A stretch of 45,423 nt of DNA from Raillietiella orientalis (taxonomy: Eukaryota): the NCBI GenBank assembly GCA_036172245.1, contig JAYWIR010000060.1:620001-665423 (forward strand), read 5' to 3'. The notes under the pieces are model-generated. The model searched no databases. It saw nothing but the letters and a program-made list of their open reading frames with translations, and was not told the origin of the DNA. Shown in pieces: positions 1 through 10,500 of the stretch (position 1 is the first letter of the stretch; every line of letters starts with the position of its first letter). The translations under genes and the position numbers were made by a program.

Positions 1-81
1 CATGGCCGCCCTTCTGGGGTCCTACGACCTTGCGCTGCTGCAGGAGATCCACTTTATCTGTGCAGAACAAGCGCAAGAGAT
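1..81 (+). mobile_element. Family E non-LTR retrotransposon, N-terminal APE fragment (continues at 2357)
   Basis: Translates to MAALLGSYDLALLQEIHFICAEQAQEI (APE LQE-x-H motif). Ends in gcaagagat (73-81), which is duplicated at 2357-2365. Confidence 0.85.
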
Positions 82-2356
82 TTCTCGCCTGTCACGCAGG
101 GGCGTTCATTCCATATAACATAAACAAAAAAACAATTCTACAAAATAAACCAGCTGGGAACCGAACTCCCATCCAACGACTCAACAAGAATGAAGAGAAT
201 ATTGCTGGCACGCAGGCCAGAGTAACAATTTTGCGAACGGTGTAGGGGGGGCAGGGAACACAAAGAAACCAAAATAAAATAAAAACAATGAATAAGGAGG
301 AAGGAATAAGGGTCTTTGGAATCGCTCTGGAAGACACGGGGATAGAAGCATGGGCACCGGAAATTTTACCGAGCGTACGGGGACGGGGTATGGGTGGGCG
401 AGAGGTCGCAGGGGTCACCGGATTACGCCGTTCTCAAAGGTTTTTAAACCGGCGATGTATGCCGGTGATGTCCTCATTCACCTTGTCACGAAGATGAGAC
501 CACCTTGAAGCTTTCTCCATGAATTGAGCTGCAAGCAGGTGAGCCTCCCTTCGCTGCGCTGACAACTTCAGGGCGTAGCGGGCCTTCACGATGGCGCGAA
601 CGCAACACATGGTTGCGACAATCGCGCTAACCGAAAGTCCATTTCTGCTGAAGAAGCGCCGCAGCACATCAATGGCAGTGCCTCCTTGTGGCATGATGGC
701 CGAAGTGAGCCTTCGCCACAGTTCCCGGAGGTCACCGCAGTCCAGCAAAAGGTGCGGAAAAGACTCGATCTATCCGCACCTTAAACAGTTTGGCAAGGCA
801 GCTCCCCCGGAAACGATGCTTCGCTGCCTATTACAGTGTAATGCACAATGTAAAAACAGCAGCACATCTTGTTTCCACTTTAGGGGGAACACGGAGCTGT
901 CCAAACAAACGGGGGGAACCACTATCTCTACGGGGGGCACACTGAAATGTTCGCTCCACCGAAGCAGACCCTTCGCCCGATTCCGAGGAGTGGCGACTTG
1001 CACCAGATCCTTTGTCGTCCAGCTGCCGAGTAGCTTACTGACTCCCGCTATTTTGCAGGAGAACTTCCATTCCGCCGGTAGGCAACCGTCGTTGCTTGCC
1101 CTGAGGGCAGACAGCGCTGCGGCGAGTGGTGTGGCGGCCAGACGATCCGACAACTTCTTGTCCTGCATGACTTCGTCCATTTGATGACTGAGGAGAAGTC
1201 GCAGGCGTCGAAGATGTTCCAAGCGCGTTCCTTCGGAAGCTGCCCACGATGAAAAAGATTCCTGCCGCCATGCATCTATGTTCATGGGGCGGCATGAGAT
1301 CCAGCTTTGGGCTTCCAGCAGTGAGGACAGCTGCCTCAGCGGGAAGCCAAACCCTATTCTGGTGTGCCGAAAGTGGGGTAGCAACGAAAGCAGTCCCTCG
1401 CTTCCCGTGCAGCGCCTCAGGATAAGGCGTGCGGGTAAGCACCACGGCGTACACCACAGCTTGGCACAGAGCCGCAGCATGCGGAACTGCACCTGCAGTT
1501 CGATGCTGTTTAAGTCGAGGATGCCCAAGCCTGCATCCTGACGCGGCGCCACGAAATCTGTAAGTCTAACACGGGATCTTGCAGCGCCCCACAACGCTTT
1601 GCGTAGAAGACGCTGCGCCCAGACTTTGACTTCCTGGTAGGGTGGACAAACAAAAAACAGGGGGCGGAGGAGGGGGGCAACGAAGGTGTTCCAGATGTAG
1701 GCCCGTTCCGGCAAGACGAACTCGCCTCCTGAAAACGGGACAAGTGCACGTTCTGCCTTCCGAAGGCAGTCCGACCACGCTTCTATGATGCAGATGTCGC
1801 CCAACGGCACGCCAAGGTACCTGAGGTACCTGCCCGTGGGGATCCCCAGGTCGATCCAGTCGGACTGCCCCTCCCACGTCGCACCCACCGGAACAACCAT
1901 ACACTTACTCCTGTTAACGCTCACGCCCGCACCGCGACGAATCAACTCAAAGAAGCCTTCAAGCGATGTCGCCGGGGTGGACATGGGCAACAGGAGAAGC
2001 AGGTCGTCGGCATAGGCTGCCACGGCCGGCGTACCTGGACAGGAGCTCGGCAGGTTGGCTAGCGTCAGCCTGTAAGCCTCCAGCAGCAATTCAAAATCGA
2101 TGCTAAAGAGCAGTGGGCTTAAGCAGTCACCCTGCCTAATTCCTCGTCGTACCGGCACGCCGTACACGCGACAGCCACTGAAAACAATGGATGTAATCGC
2201 GTGGCGCCAGCAGGAGCGCAAGTACGCCAACAGGGATGCCGGAAGACCCAGACGTTCCAAAAGCTCAAGAAGAAGCTTTTGGTTCACGCAATCGAAAGCT
2301 TTGTGCAGATCGACTGCAACCGCCAAGGCTCCCGGTTTCTCCCTTTGCGTCCCTTT
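82..2356 (-). mobile_element. Family C element, copy C1, 5'-truncated (RT C-terminal half, zinc finger, 3' UTR)
   Basis: RT motifs DLHKAFD, GIRQGDCLSPLLF and AYADD; CLRC...HLLLDC zinc finger; T-rich 3' UTR with terminal hairpin; flanked by a 9-bp TSD gcaagagat. Confidence 0.9.
434..2356 (-). pseudogene. C1 ORF2, partial: reverse transcriptase and CCHC zinc finger, with in-frame TAG at 770-772
   Basis: ORFs 770..2326 and 434..748 are in the same frame; YADD motif present. Confidence 0.85.
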
Positions 2357-3666
2357 GCAAGAGATCGAACGGATCTACGAAGGGAGGCTGTGGTACAGGT
2401 GTGGGAGACCGAAAAGTTGCGGTGTCGCCTACCTGTTTCGGCCAGCCGTCGAGGCCGCTGCTCGGGGTGTGCGGTTCGACGATCACGGTCGTGTCGGCCA
2501 GCTGACTCTCAGGTGGTCCGTCACGATCGATCTGATCGTCACGAACGTGTACGCGCCGCTCGGTGCGTACACGTTCGTGACCAGGAGGGAGAGGAAAGAG
2601 TTTTTCCTTGCCCTCCGGCGAGACTGGCTGACCGAAGCAGGCGTGCGAAATGCCCATCTGGTTGCAGGCGATTTCAACGTTCGCCTGAAATTAGATGGGC
2701 AGAATCCCAAGCGTGACCTGGTCAACGAGGTGTGCATGGCGGTGCACACCTGTAATTTGTTGGCCAGTGCACTGGGGATGAAAGACAGCATTAACCACGT
2801 GTTTCTTGACGAGCACCTGTGCCCTCGCGTGGGCAGGCGCGGCAAGTTACCGTGCGAGCTGTCCGACCATCGCCCTCTAGTCCTCGAGATCCATCCGCGC
2901 GACAGGGGCCCCCCCTCGTCAGCGTGGCGTCTCCCAAGGGACTGGCTGAAGCTCCCGGACGCGGCAAAACATCTCCGCACGTTCATGTGGAGCTTCAGGC
3001 TGCAAACACTCCAGGATTGGGACCGCTTCAAGCAGTCGGTCCAGGAGTTCTGCGACCAGTTCCCTCTGCACCGCCTACCTACGGGTTTTGGGACCGGGGT
3101 CCGTAACGAACGAGCCTACCTGCAGGCCCGTCGTTAGGACTGGACCCCCGACATCCGCAGGCTGGCGGAATACAAAGCGGGAGCAAAGAGGCAAGCCTGG
3201 CAGTCCGGATCGGCCAGCTTGCTGGACGATCAGGACCAGGAGCACTCGGCACCCGCCGAAATCCGCGGCCTGCTGCGGAGTTACTACTCCTCCCTGTATG
3301 CCTGGGCACCTCCGGAGAGGAATCTCTTACGACTCCTGCTTCCGGAAGGCGCTCCAGCGATGGGGGAGGAGGAGAGAAAGACCCTCGAGGAGCCTTTCAC
3401 GATGGACGAGATCCTCTCGGCCATCGAAAAGCTCAAGACGCGAAAGGCTCCAGGGGAGGACGGCCTGCCCGCGGAGTTTTACCAAACTTTCGCGGCTGAG
3501 CTTATCCCCCTGGTACAGCAACTGACCTTGCTGATACGCGAAACAGGTGACGTTCCCGCCTCGTTTCGTTCGGCAAAGGTGGGGCTCCTCCCTAAGGGAA
3601 AAGATCTGAGGAGCATGAACAACTGGCGTCCCATCACAATAGTGAATGCGGACGCCTAGTTGCTAG
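2357..3666 (+). mobile_element. Family E element continued: rest of APE, linker and RT N-terminus (degenerate)
   Basis: NVYAP, AGDFN, SDH, KAPGEDGLPAEFY and NWRPITIVNADA motifs; stops at 3135 and 3657; cut at 3666 by element F. Confidence 0.88.
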
Positions 3667-5667
3667 TTGCCACCCGGTCACGCCGGGGCGTTGATTAAAA
3701 ATTCTCTATGATTCTTGGTACGAGGCCCCACTACGGCCAACGGAACTGGACCTGCCGGGTCGCCGGTACGCAGACCGGCGCGACTCTCCTCGGCAGCGGA
3801 AGGGGGTGGGGGAAAAAAGAAAAAGAAAAATAAAACATAAAAAACAAAGAGATTTGGGAGCGTTGGGGAGGAATCACTGACCACTGGGAGGAGGGTCCAT
3901 CCTTTGCAGGATGCCCTCGAGGTCCGTCCGTATAATTCCCAGGTGGGGCCATCTGGTCGCAATCCGCAGGTAGCGGACTGCAAGTACGACGGCATCCCTG
4001 TCGTGGCTCGGTCTTCTGACGTTGCTCCAGCACGTCACGATCCCACGTACGCAGCAAAGTGCAGCCAGGACAGCGGATGGTCGCAGGGTATCACGCACGA
4101 ACAAATGCCGAAAAACGTCTCTGGGCTGGCTGCCCTCCTGGTTCCGTAGGGAGGCACGAAGACGTTCCCAAAGGGGTCGGAGGGCAACACAGTCAACAAG
4201 TAGGTGGGGGAGCGATTTCCGCTCCCCGCACCTAGCACACTCAGGCCTTACACTTCCCCGCGTCCAGTGGAAGCGGCGCGCGTTGCAGGGTAGACACCAA
4301 TGCAAGAACAGAAGCGCCGACTCCTGCCACTTCAGTGGGAGGATCCTAGAACCAAGTAATACCGGGGACCACTTCAGGTCATCCGGCTGGATGCCGAGTA
4401 GCACGACCCATCTCTCAAGTCCTCTCGGATGGACACTAGGGGTAGTGGCGTCCGCCAGTTGCCCCGTGGACCAGACGCTTATCAACTTCTCCTTGCCTGC
4501 GATGCGGCAGGAGACTTGCCACCTAGGCTTGCGGCTGCTACAGAGCGCCCTCCTCAGAAAGAGCATCGCCGTAGATAGGGGGGTTGTCTCTGTTCACGTG
4601 CTTCTCGCGGGACACTGGAGTATCTTCCGCAGAGTGCAGCGGGAATAGGCGCCGCGTCGCAGGCAGTTCCACATTTCTTCATTCCTTTCATTAGTCTTCG
4701 CCTACGTGCCAGCTGTCTCCTGCAGCCATGCGGAGGAGTTGGCGAGGCTGCATACCATCCAGCCGTTTTCCTTAGCCACAGTTGCCATGCGTCCCATGAG
4801 CTCCAGCAGGAGATCCTGTTCCACGCAGTCAAACCCTTCATGCAGATCGACTGCGATCGCCAGGGCCCCCTTTCCCACCTGGGTGTACTGTGCCTGCCCG
4901 GCTGACGCCCTCGAAGCGGGGCTGCTAATCGTTCCGTCTTTCATTTCTTGACTACTCTGCACATGAAACCATGGGCTCGCGAAAAGAGGTTGGCCTCCAT
5001 ACTTCCCCCGGGAACAGCGTAAGTCTGCTCTGGGCTAATTATAGAATTGGCCACCTGCCCCAGACGCGGAGCCCACAGTCCGGCGATCAGCTTGGCGTCC
5101 GTATTCACAATTGTGATCAAACGCCAGTTGCTGAGTTTCCTGAGGTCTCCTCCTTTCGGAAGGAGCCTCACTCTGGCTGACCGAAACGAGGCGGGTACAT
5201 CGCCTTCATCTCGGATCAGCCTTGTCAACTCAAGCACCAGGGGTGCCCACACTGCCGCGAAACATTGAAAAAACTCCGCGGGCAGGCCGTCCTCCCCTGG
5301 TCCTTTCCGTCTCTTGAGCCTTTTGATACCGACGAGAATTTTGCCGGTGGTAAAAGGCTCGTCGAGGCTTTCCTTCTGCTCCTCCCCTATTGCCGGGGCA
5401 CCGTTCCGAAGCAAGCGCCGAGAGTCATCTTGGTCAGGGGGCGCCCTGGCATAAAGGAAAGAATAATAACGCCGCACGAGGTGCCGTACCGACGCCGGGG
5501 ACGAACATTCCCGGCCCTGGTCGTCCAGCAAGCTGGCCGACCCGGATTGCCAGGCTTGACGTTCGGCCCCGGCTCGGTACTCTGCCAGGCGACGGACATT
5601 GGGGGTCCTCGCGTAACGACGGGCATACAAGTACGCTCGTTCGTTACGGATCCCCTCCCCAACTCCC
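3667..5667 (-). mobile_element. Family F (A-related) element: linker, RT with internal deletion, zinc finger, 3' UTR
   Basis: ORFs 4941..5774, 4702..4962 and 3874..4566 are ORF2 pieces; CARCGERKSLPHLLVDC; 3' end reads ...cgccccggcgtgaccgggtggcaa. Confidence 0.85.
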
Positions 5668-5680
5668 TCTCCTCGAGAGC

Positions 5681-5694
5681 GGACGTGTTTTTCC
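5681..5694 (+). promoter_or_regulatory. Conserved 5'-terminal motif GGACGTGT(T/C)TTT, putative internal promoter or start-site element
   Basis: Recurs about 70-95 nt upstream of the ORF1 ATG in all five elements with intact 5' ends: 5681, 22525, 40874 (+) and about 13921-13932, 19472-19484 (-; the last has one mismatch). Function is inferred. Confidence 0.5.
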
Positions 5695-5767
5695 GGCGCT
5701 CCGCGAACGAGCAGCGGAAAGCGTTTTTTTTGGTTCAGTGTGTGCTTTTTCACATCGTTGGTGTCCG

Positions 5768-7519
5768 ATGGCATCGCTGCCAGAGGACACCACGATGGAG
5801 GTAGGCGTGAGGGAGGCTAGCCCCCCCCCACGACCTACAGAATCAGGGGCATCCGCCCCGGAATCGCCCTCGTCGCCCAAGACGAGGAGCTGGAGCGCCA
5901 TGGTCGCCGCGCCGAGCGCGGAAACCTTGGCTGAGCAAGCGGCCTACAGGGCCTCCGGATATAAACCATCCCTGGTTTATAAGGTAGGAAACCTGTTCGA
6001 CGGTCGCACCGCGCGTGCCTTTAGCAAGGCACTACAGGAATTCCCTGTGCGTGAGGAGGATCTTGACGGCCTCGCCGTACTCAGCGGGGGGCAACGCGTG
6101 GAGGTCGTCTGCAAAGACGTAGCCCTAGCGCAGCGCCTCATCAACACCCCGCTGAATGTGGCTGGCCGAAAGATCCTACCCGTTAGCATGGACCGCTCCG
6201 TAGTGGTCCATCTAACGGGGATCACGAACCGCATGACGCGCTCTGCGGTGAACGCGGAATTGAGGAAATACGGAGATGTGCACGCGCTGTGGCCAAAGCC
6301 AACCATTTTCGACGGCTATAACAGCCTCTTTGGTGGCCACGCAGCAGCGCGTGTCACCGTGAACGAGGGTGCTGGGTTACCCCACAAACTGGAGGTCAGG
6401 AAGGAGCCCGTCGACCTCTGGTACGTTGGGAAACCCCGCTATTGTGGATACTGCGATGCAGTAGGGCATGTGCGCAGGCGGTGCCCGAATATCGAGTGGC
6501 ACTTGTGCGGGGAAAAGGGACACGTCCGTCGTGTGTGCCCTAAACGCCCCACCCCGGTGCCACCTGCTGCCAAAAAGGCACAGGTGAAAAAGATGAATAA
6601 GGTCGAAAGACCTCATCGCGAGAATGGCCGGCCCCAGCAGCCTTCTCCTCCTCCTCCAACCCAGGCGGCGGCGGAAAAAACCGCGAAAGACGCGGGCGAG
6701 GAAGAAGGATGGACGCTGGTAAAGGCCAGAAAAGAACCCAAAAAGGGTTCACAAGAGAAGGCGGAGAAAAAGTTGGGCGCGAAGGCGAAAAAACCTGGTC
6801 CGCGATCTAAAACTCTCCGCGAGTGCTCGGTAGCACTGGAGCGCATCAGCGTTCCCGAGGCTGCCACCCGGGGCGACGAGCCTCCCCTCGCCGTTTCCGC
6901 CGCGCCCGAGGTTTGCGACGGCGAACCCTCTGTTTGCACAGAGGGTGAGACGCGCGACGCGCTCGCCGCCGGCGAGGACGCCGCCTTCGCGAAGGCGGCG
7001 GAAGAGCTCGCAGCCACGCTGGCTGAGCGTGAGAACCCCTCACGCAAGGCCGTACGATCGCCGGCTTCGCCGAAGAAGGCCCCCGCAGGTGAGTGCGACC
7101 TGGGGGCCGGAAGTGCATCCTCCTCGTCAGGGGCACCCCCCCGGAAGACGGGACGCAAGTCCCAAAAGCCGAGGAAGCGCCTCCCCTCCACGAGCGAGGA
7201 GGAGAGGCAGGAAGACGCCGGCAGCGTGGGAATCCCGGAGGAAGAGCTCCCACGCGCGGAAGCCGTCGAGCAGGACACCCTCATGGAGGAGGGTGAGCAG
7301 GGGGGCGAAATCCCCCCTGCCGTCGCGGACCCTGAGGAGCCCACCCCTATGGAGGAGGGCCAGCAGATAGGCGCGACCCCACCTGAGGGTGACCCGCTCG
7401 ACGCGCCGTCACAGATGGAGCAGGGGGACCAGGTGCTCGAGGCACCTGTCCCTCCTGCTCCACCTAGCGTCCCGCCTCAACAGGTGGCGGACGCCACAGA
7501 GCCGATTTCCCAGGAATAA
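5768..7519 (+). CDS. A1 ORF1: gag-like nucleic-acid-binding protein, 583 aa
   Basis: ATG at 5768 is homologous to the ATG at 40969. Knuckle CGYCDAVGHVRRRC; second knuckle has C->W (WHLCGEKGHVRRVC); Lys-rich then Pro/Glu-rich C-terminus. Confidence 0.9.
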   Translation: MASLPEDTTMEVGVREASPPPRPTESGASAPESPSSPKTRSWSAMVAAPSAETLAEQAAYRASGYKPSLVYKVGNLFDGRTARAFSKALQEFPVREEDLDGLAVLSGGQRVEVVCKDVALAQRLINTPLNVAGRKILPVSMDRSVVVHLTGITNRMTRSAVNAELRKYGDVHALWPKPTIFDGYNSLFGGHAAARVTVNEGAGLPHKLEVRKEPVDLWYVGKPRYCGYCDAVGHVRRRCPNIEWHLCGEKGHVRRVCPKRPTPVPPAAKKAQVKKMNKVERPHRENGRPQQPSPPPPTQAAAEKTAKDAGEEEGWTLVKARKEPKKGSQEKAEKKLGAKAKKPGPRSKTLRECSVALERISVPEAATRGDEPPLAVSAAPEVCDGEPSVCTEGETRDALAAGEDAAFAKAAEELAATLAERENPSRKAVRSPASPKKAPAGECDLGAGSASSSSGAPPRKTGRKSQKPRKRLPSTSEEERQEDAGSVGIPEEELPRAEAVEQDTLMEEGEQGGEIPPAVADPEEPTPMEEGQQIGATPPEGDPLDAPSQMEQGDQVLEAPVPPAPPSVPPQQVADATEPISQE

Positions 7520-10500
7520 CACCTGGGCTCGCCTGTCGCCGTCGAATCCGCGTGGCCAGTTGGAACGTCAACGGGCTGCGCGACGACGGCAACAGACGAG
7601 ATACGGCCGACACCCTGCGTGAGTTCGACCTGGCCCTGCTGCAGGAGATCCACGTTATCACCGCGGCAGACGCCCAGGAGATCGAGACGATCGCAGGGGG
7701 TCGGTTGTATTGGCGATGCGGCGCCCGCAACACCTGTGGGGTCGCGTTTTTCGTGAAGCCGGCCATTGACGCTGCCGTGAAGGGCGTACGCTTCGATGAC
7801 GACGGTCGGGTCGGTCAGCTGATTCTCAGCTGGTCCGACTCGATCGAATTGATCGTCACGAACGTGTACGCCCCAAGCGGGAAAGGGGGATACAGCGACC
7901 GTACCAGGTTGCTGGAAACCCTGAAGCGCGACTGGCTGGCCGATACGAACGTGCGGAAGGCACACCTGATAGCTGGGGACTTTAATCTCCGTCTGCTGTC
8001 AGGTGAGCCCGAAGCACAAGAACGCACGGCCAACGAGTTGTGCGCTGCCATGCGCACGCGCAACTTGTTGACGGACGCGGAGGGAATGGACCGCAGCATC
8101 GACCACTTCTTCCTGGATGTCGACCTGTGCTCGCGGGTCGGCAAACGGGGAAAAGTTGCGTCGACGCTGTCGGACCATTCCAGGATCATCGCCAAGGTTT
8201 GCTCGCGCGACAAAGGACCCCCGTCCAGGGCGTGGCGGCTGCCTGGGGACTGGACGCGGCTCTCAGGTGCGAAAGAACACCTTCGCGAATTCCTGAGAGG
8301 CGTCACCCTCCGCAGTCTCCAAGACTGGGACCTCTTCAAGGCCTCGTTCCGCGAGTTCTGCGAGGAGTTTCCCCTGCACCACCTGCCTCCCGGATTCGGG
8401 GAGGGGGCTCGGAACCATCGGGCTTATCTACAGGCCCGCCGGTACGAGAGGACCCCGAATGTCCGTCGCCTCGCGGAATATCGAGCCGGGGCCGAACGCC
8501 AAGCCTGGCAATCCGGGTCGGCCAGCTTGCAGGACGACCAGGGCCGGGAGCGATCCGCCCCACCCGCGATCAGGCACCTCGTGCGACGTTATTACGCCTT
8601 CCTCTACGCTAGGGCACCCCCAGAGCGGAACGCCTCGCGGCTCCTGCTCCCGGATAGGGCCCCGGCAATAAAGGAGGAGGAGAGGATCAGCCTCGACGAG
8701 CCTTTTTCTACCGGTGAAATTCTCGCCGGTATTAAAAGGCTCAACAGGCGAAATGCGCCAGGGGAGGACGGCCTGCCTGCAAAATTCTTTCAATGTTTCG
8801 CGGCAGAGCTGGCCACCCTGGTGCTTCAGTTGACCGGGCTGATCCGAGACGAAGGCGACGTTCCCTCCTCGTTTCGGTCAGCCCGTGTGAGGCTCCTCCC
8901 GAAGGGAGGAGACCTGAGATCCCTAGGCAACTGGCGTCCGATCACAATTGTGAATACGGACGCCAAGCTGATCGCTGGACTGTGGGCTTCGCGTCTAGGA
9001 CAGGTGGCAGACTCCATAATTAGCCCGGAGCAGACATACGCTGTTCCCGGGCGAAGTATGGATGCCAACCTGTTCTTCGCGAGCACATGGTTCCATGTGC
9101 AACGCTGCCTGAATGAAACTGGAGGAAAGATTGGCAACCCCACTTTGGGGCCGCCAGCTGGACTGGGAATGGACACCCGGGCTGGGAAGGGGGCCCTAGC
9201 GATCGCGGTCGATCTCCATAAGGCGTTCGACTGCGTTGACCAGGAGCTACTGTTGGAGCTTTTGGGTCGCATGGGCTTCCCACCCTCCCTTCTCTCCTTC
9301 CTGCGCTCCTGCTGGCGCAACGCCATAATTAACATCTGCTTTTCCAGCCAACAGTTGTACGGCGTGCCGGTGCGGCGGGACATACGGCAGGGCGATAGCC
9401 TCAGTCCCCTGCTCTTTAGCACCTACTTTGAGTTGGTGCTGAGAGCGTACAGGGTGACTTTGGCTGCCCTGCCCAGCTCGTGCCCCGGCACGCCCGCCGT
9501 TGCAGCATACGCCGACGACCTTCTGCTCATGTTGCCCATGTCCGCCCCGGCAGCCGCAGTCGAGGATTTCTTCGACCTGCTAAGTCGTGGGACTGGACTG
9601 CGGGTAAACAAGGCGAAGTCGTCGGTCGTACCGGTGGGTGCGACGTGGGTCGGACGGCCTGACTGGATCCGCTTCGGGATCCCCGCGGCCAGGTACCTGA
9701 AGTACCTAGGTGTCCCGTTGGGGGACTTCTGCCTCGCAGAAGCCTGGTCAGGTCGTCTCCAAAACGTAGAGTTGGCAATCGGCCCGTTCCTGGAAGGCAA
9801 GTTCCTTCTGCCGGAACGGGCCGCGGTGTGGAACGCCTTCGCGGCTCCCATCCTCCGCTTTCTGCTTTTTGTGTGATCCGTCCCCCGTGACATTAAAAAG
9901 AGGACAAAAGACCTACTCCGCATCGCCCTCTGGGGCAGCGGGAAGCCACGTGTGCCTCTGGATGATTTATGCGCTCCTCGTCGGGACGGCGGTCTAGGCC
10001 TCCTGACGCTAAAGCGCCTGGAAATACAGCTGCGATGGCGCACCCTCGCCATCGCAGCAAAGTCATGGAGCACCTTTTGGTGCGCTCCGGCCCGAATCCT
10101 CGCCAGCCGTGTGTCCAGGACGCAAGGACTCGCGTCGTACCTTCTGTGCTTCGGCAGGAAGGTGAGAAGATGCGGCCTTCTTCTTGGACGCATGGGAGCC
10201 CTGGTCAGAGACAACGGCTGGACGGTATGCAGCCCCGTCAACTCCTCGGCCTGGCTGGAGGAATCAGTTGCGACGTGGGCCAAGCTGAACCTCCAGACTT
10301 CCCCGGAATGGAACCGCCTGCGATTCGGCCCCAACGCCCGCTGCACACTGCGGACTACTCTGGAGTGTCCCGCCAATAGCGCGTGGGCGGAGACCACCCC
10401 TCTAGCTTCGACCCTGCCCTTCCTCCGGAGGGCTTTAACCAGCGGCCGCAAGCCAAAGTGGCAAGTCTCCTGCCGAATCGCAGGCAAGGAGAAGAAGATG

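Noticed and set aside
82..2224. C1/C2 (and A2/A3) as segmental duplications or assembly artefacts
   Set aside because: The flanking hosts belong to different families, the 5' extents differ, and the copies carry private substitutions.
2100..3137. 345-aa ORF as a standalone gene (likewise 26501..27118 and 28337..28981)
   Set aside because: These are chance read-throughs across insertion junctions that fuse antisense sequence to ORF2 fragments.
3811..3850. A-rich tracts as poly(A) tails
   Set aside because: They are the reverse complement of the T-rich stretch inside the 3' UTR of minus-strand elements, about 140 bp or more from the true 3' end.
5390..5767. N-terminal extension giving a 709-aa ORF1
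   Set aside because: It crosses the element boundary into antisense F sequence. Homologous copies start at the ATG equivalent to 5768.
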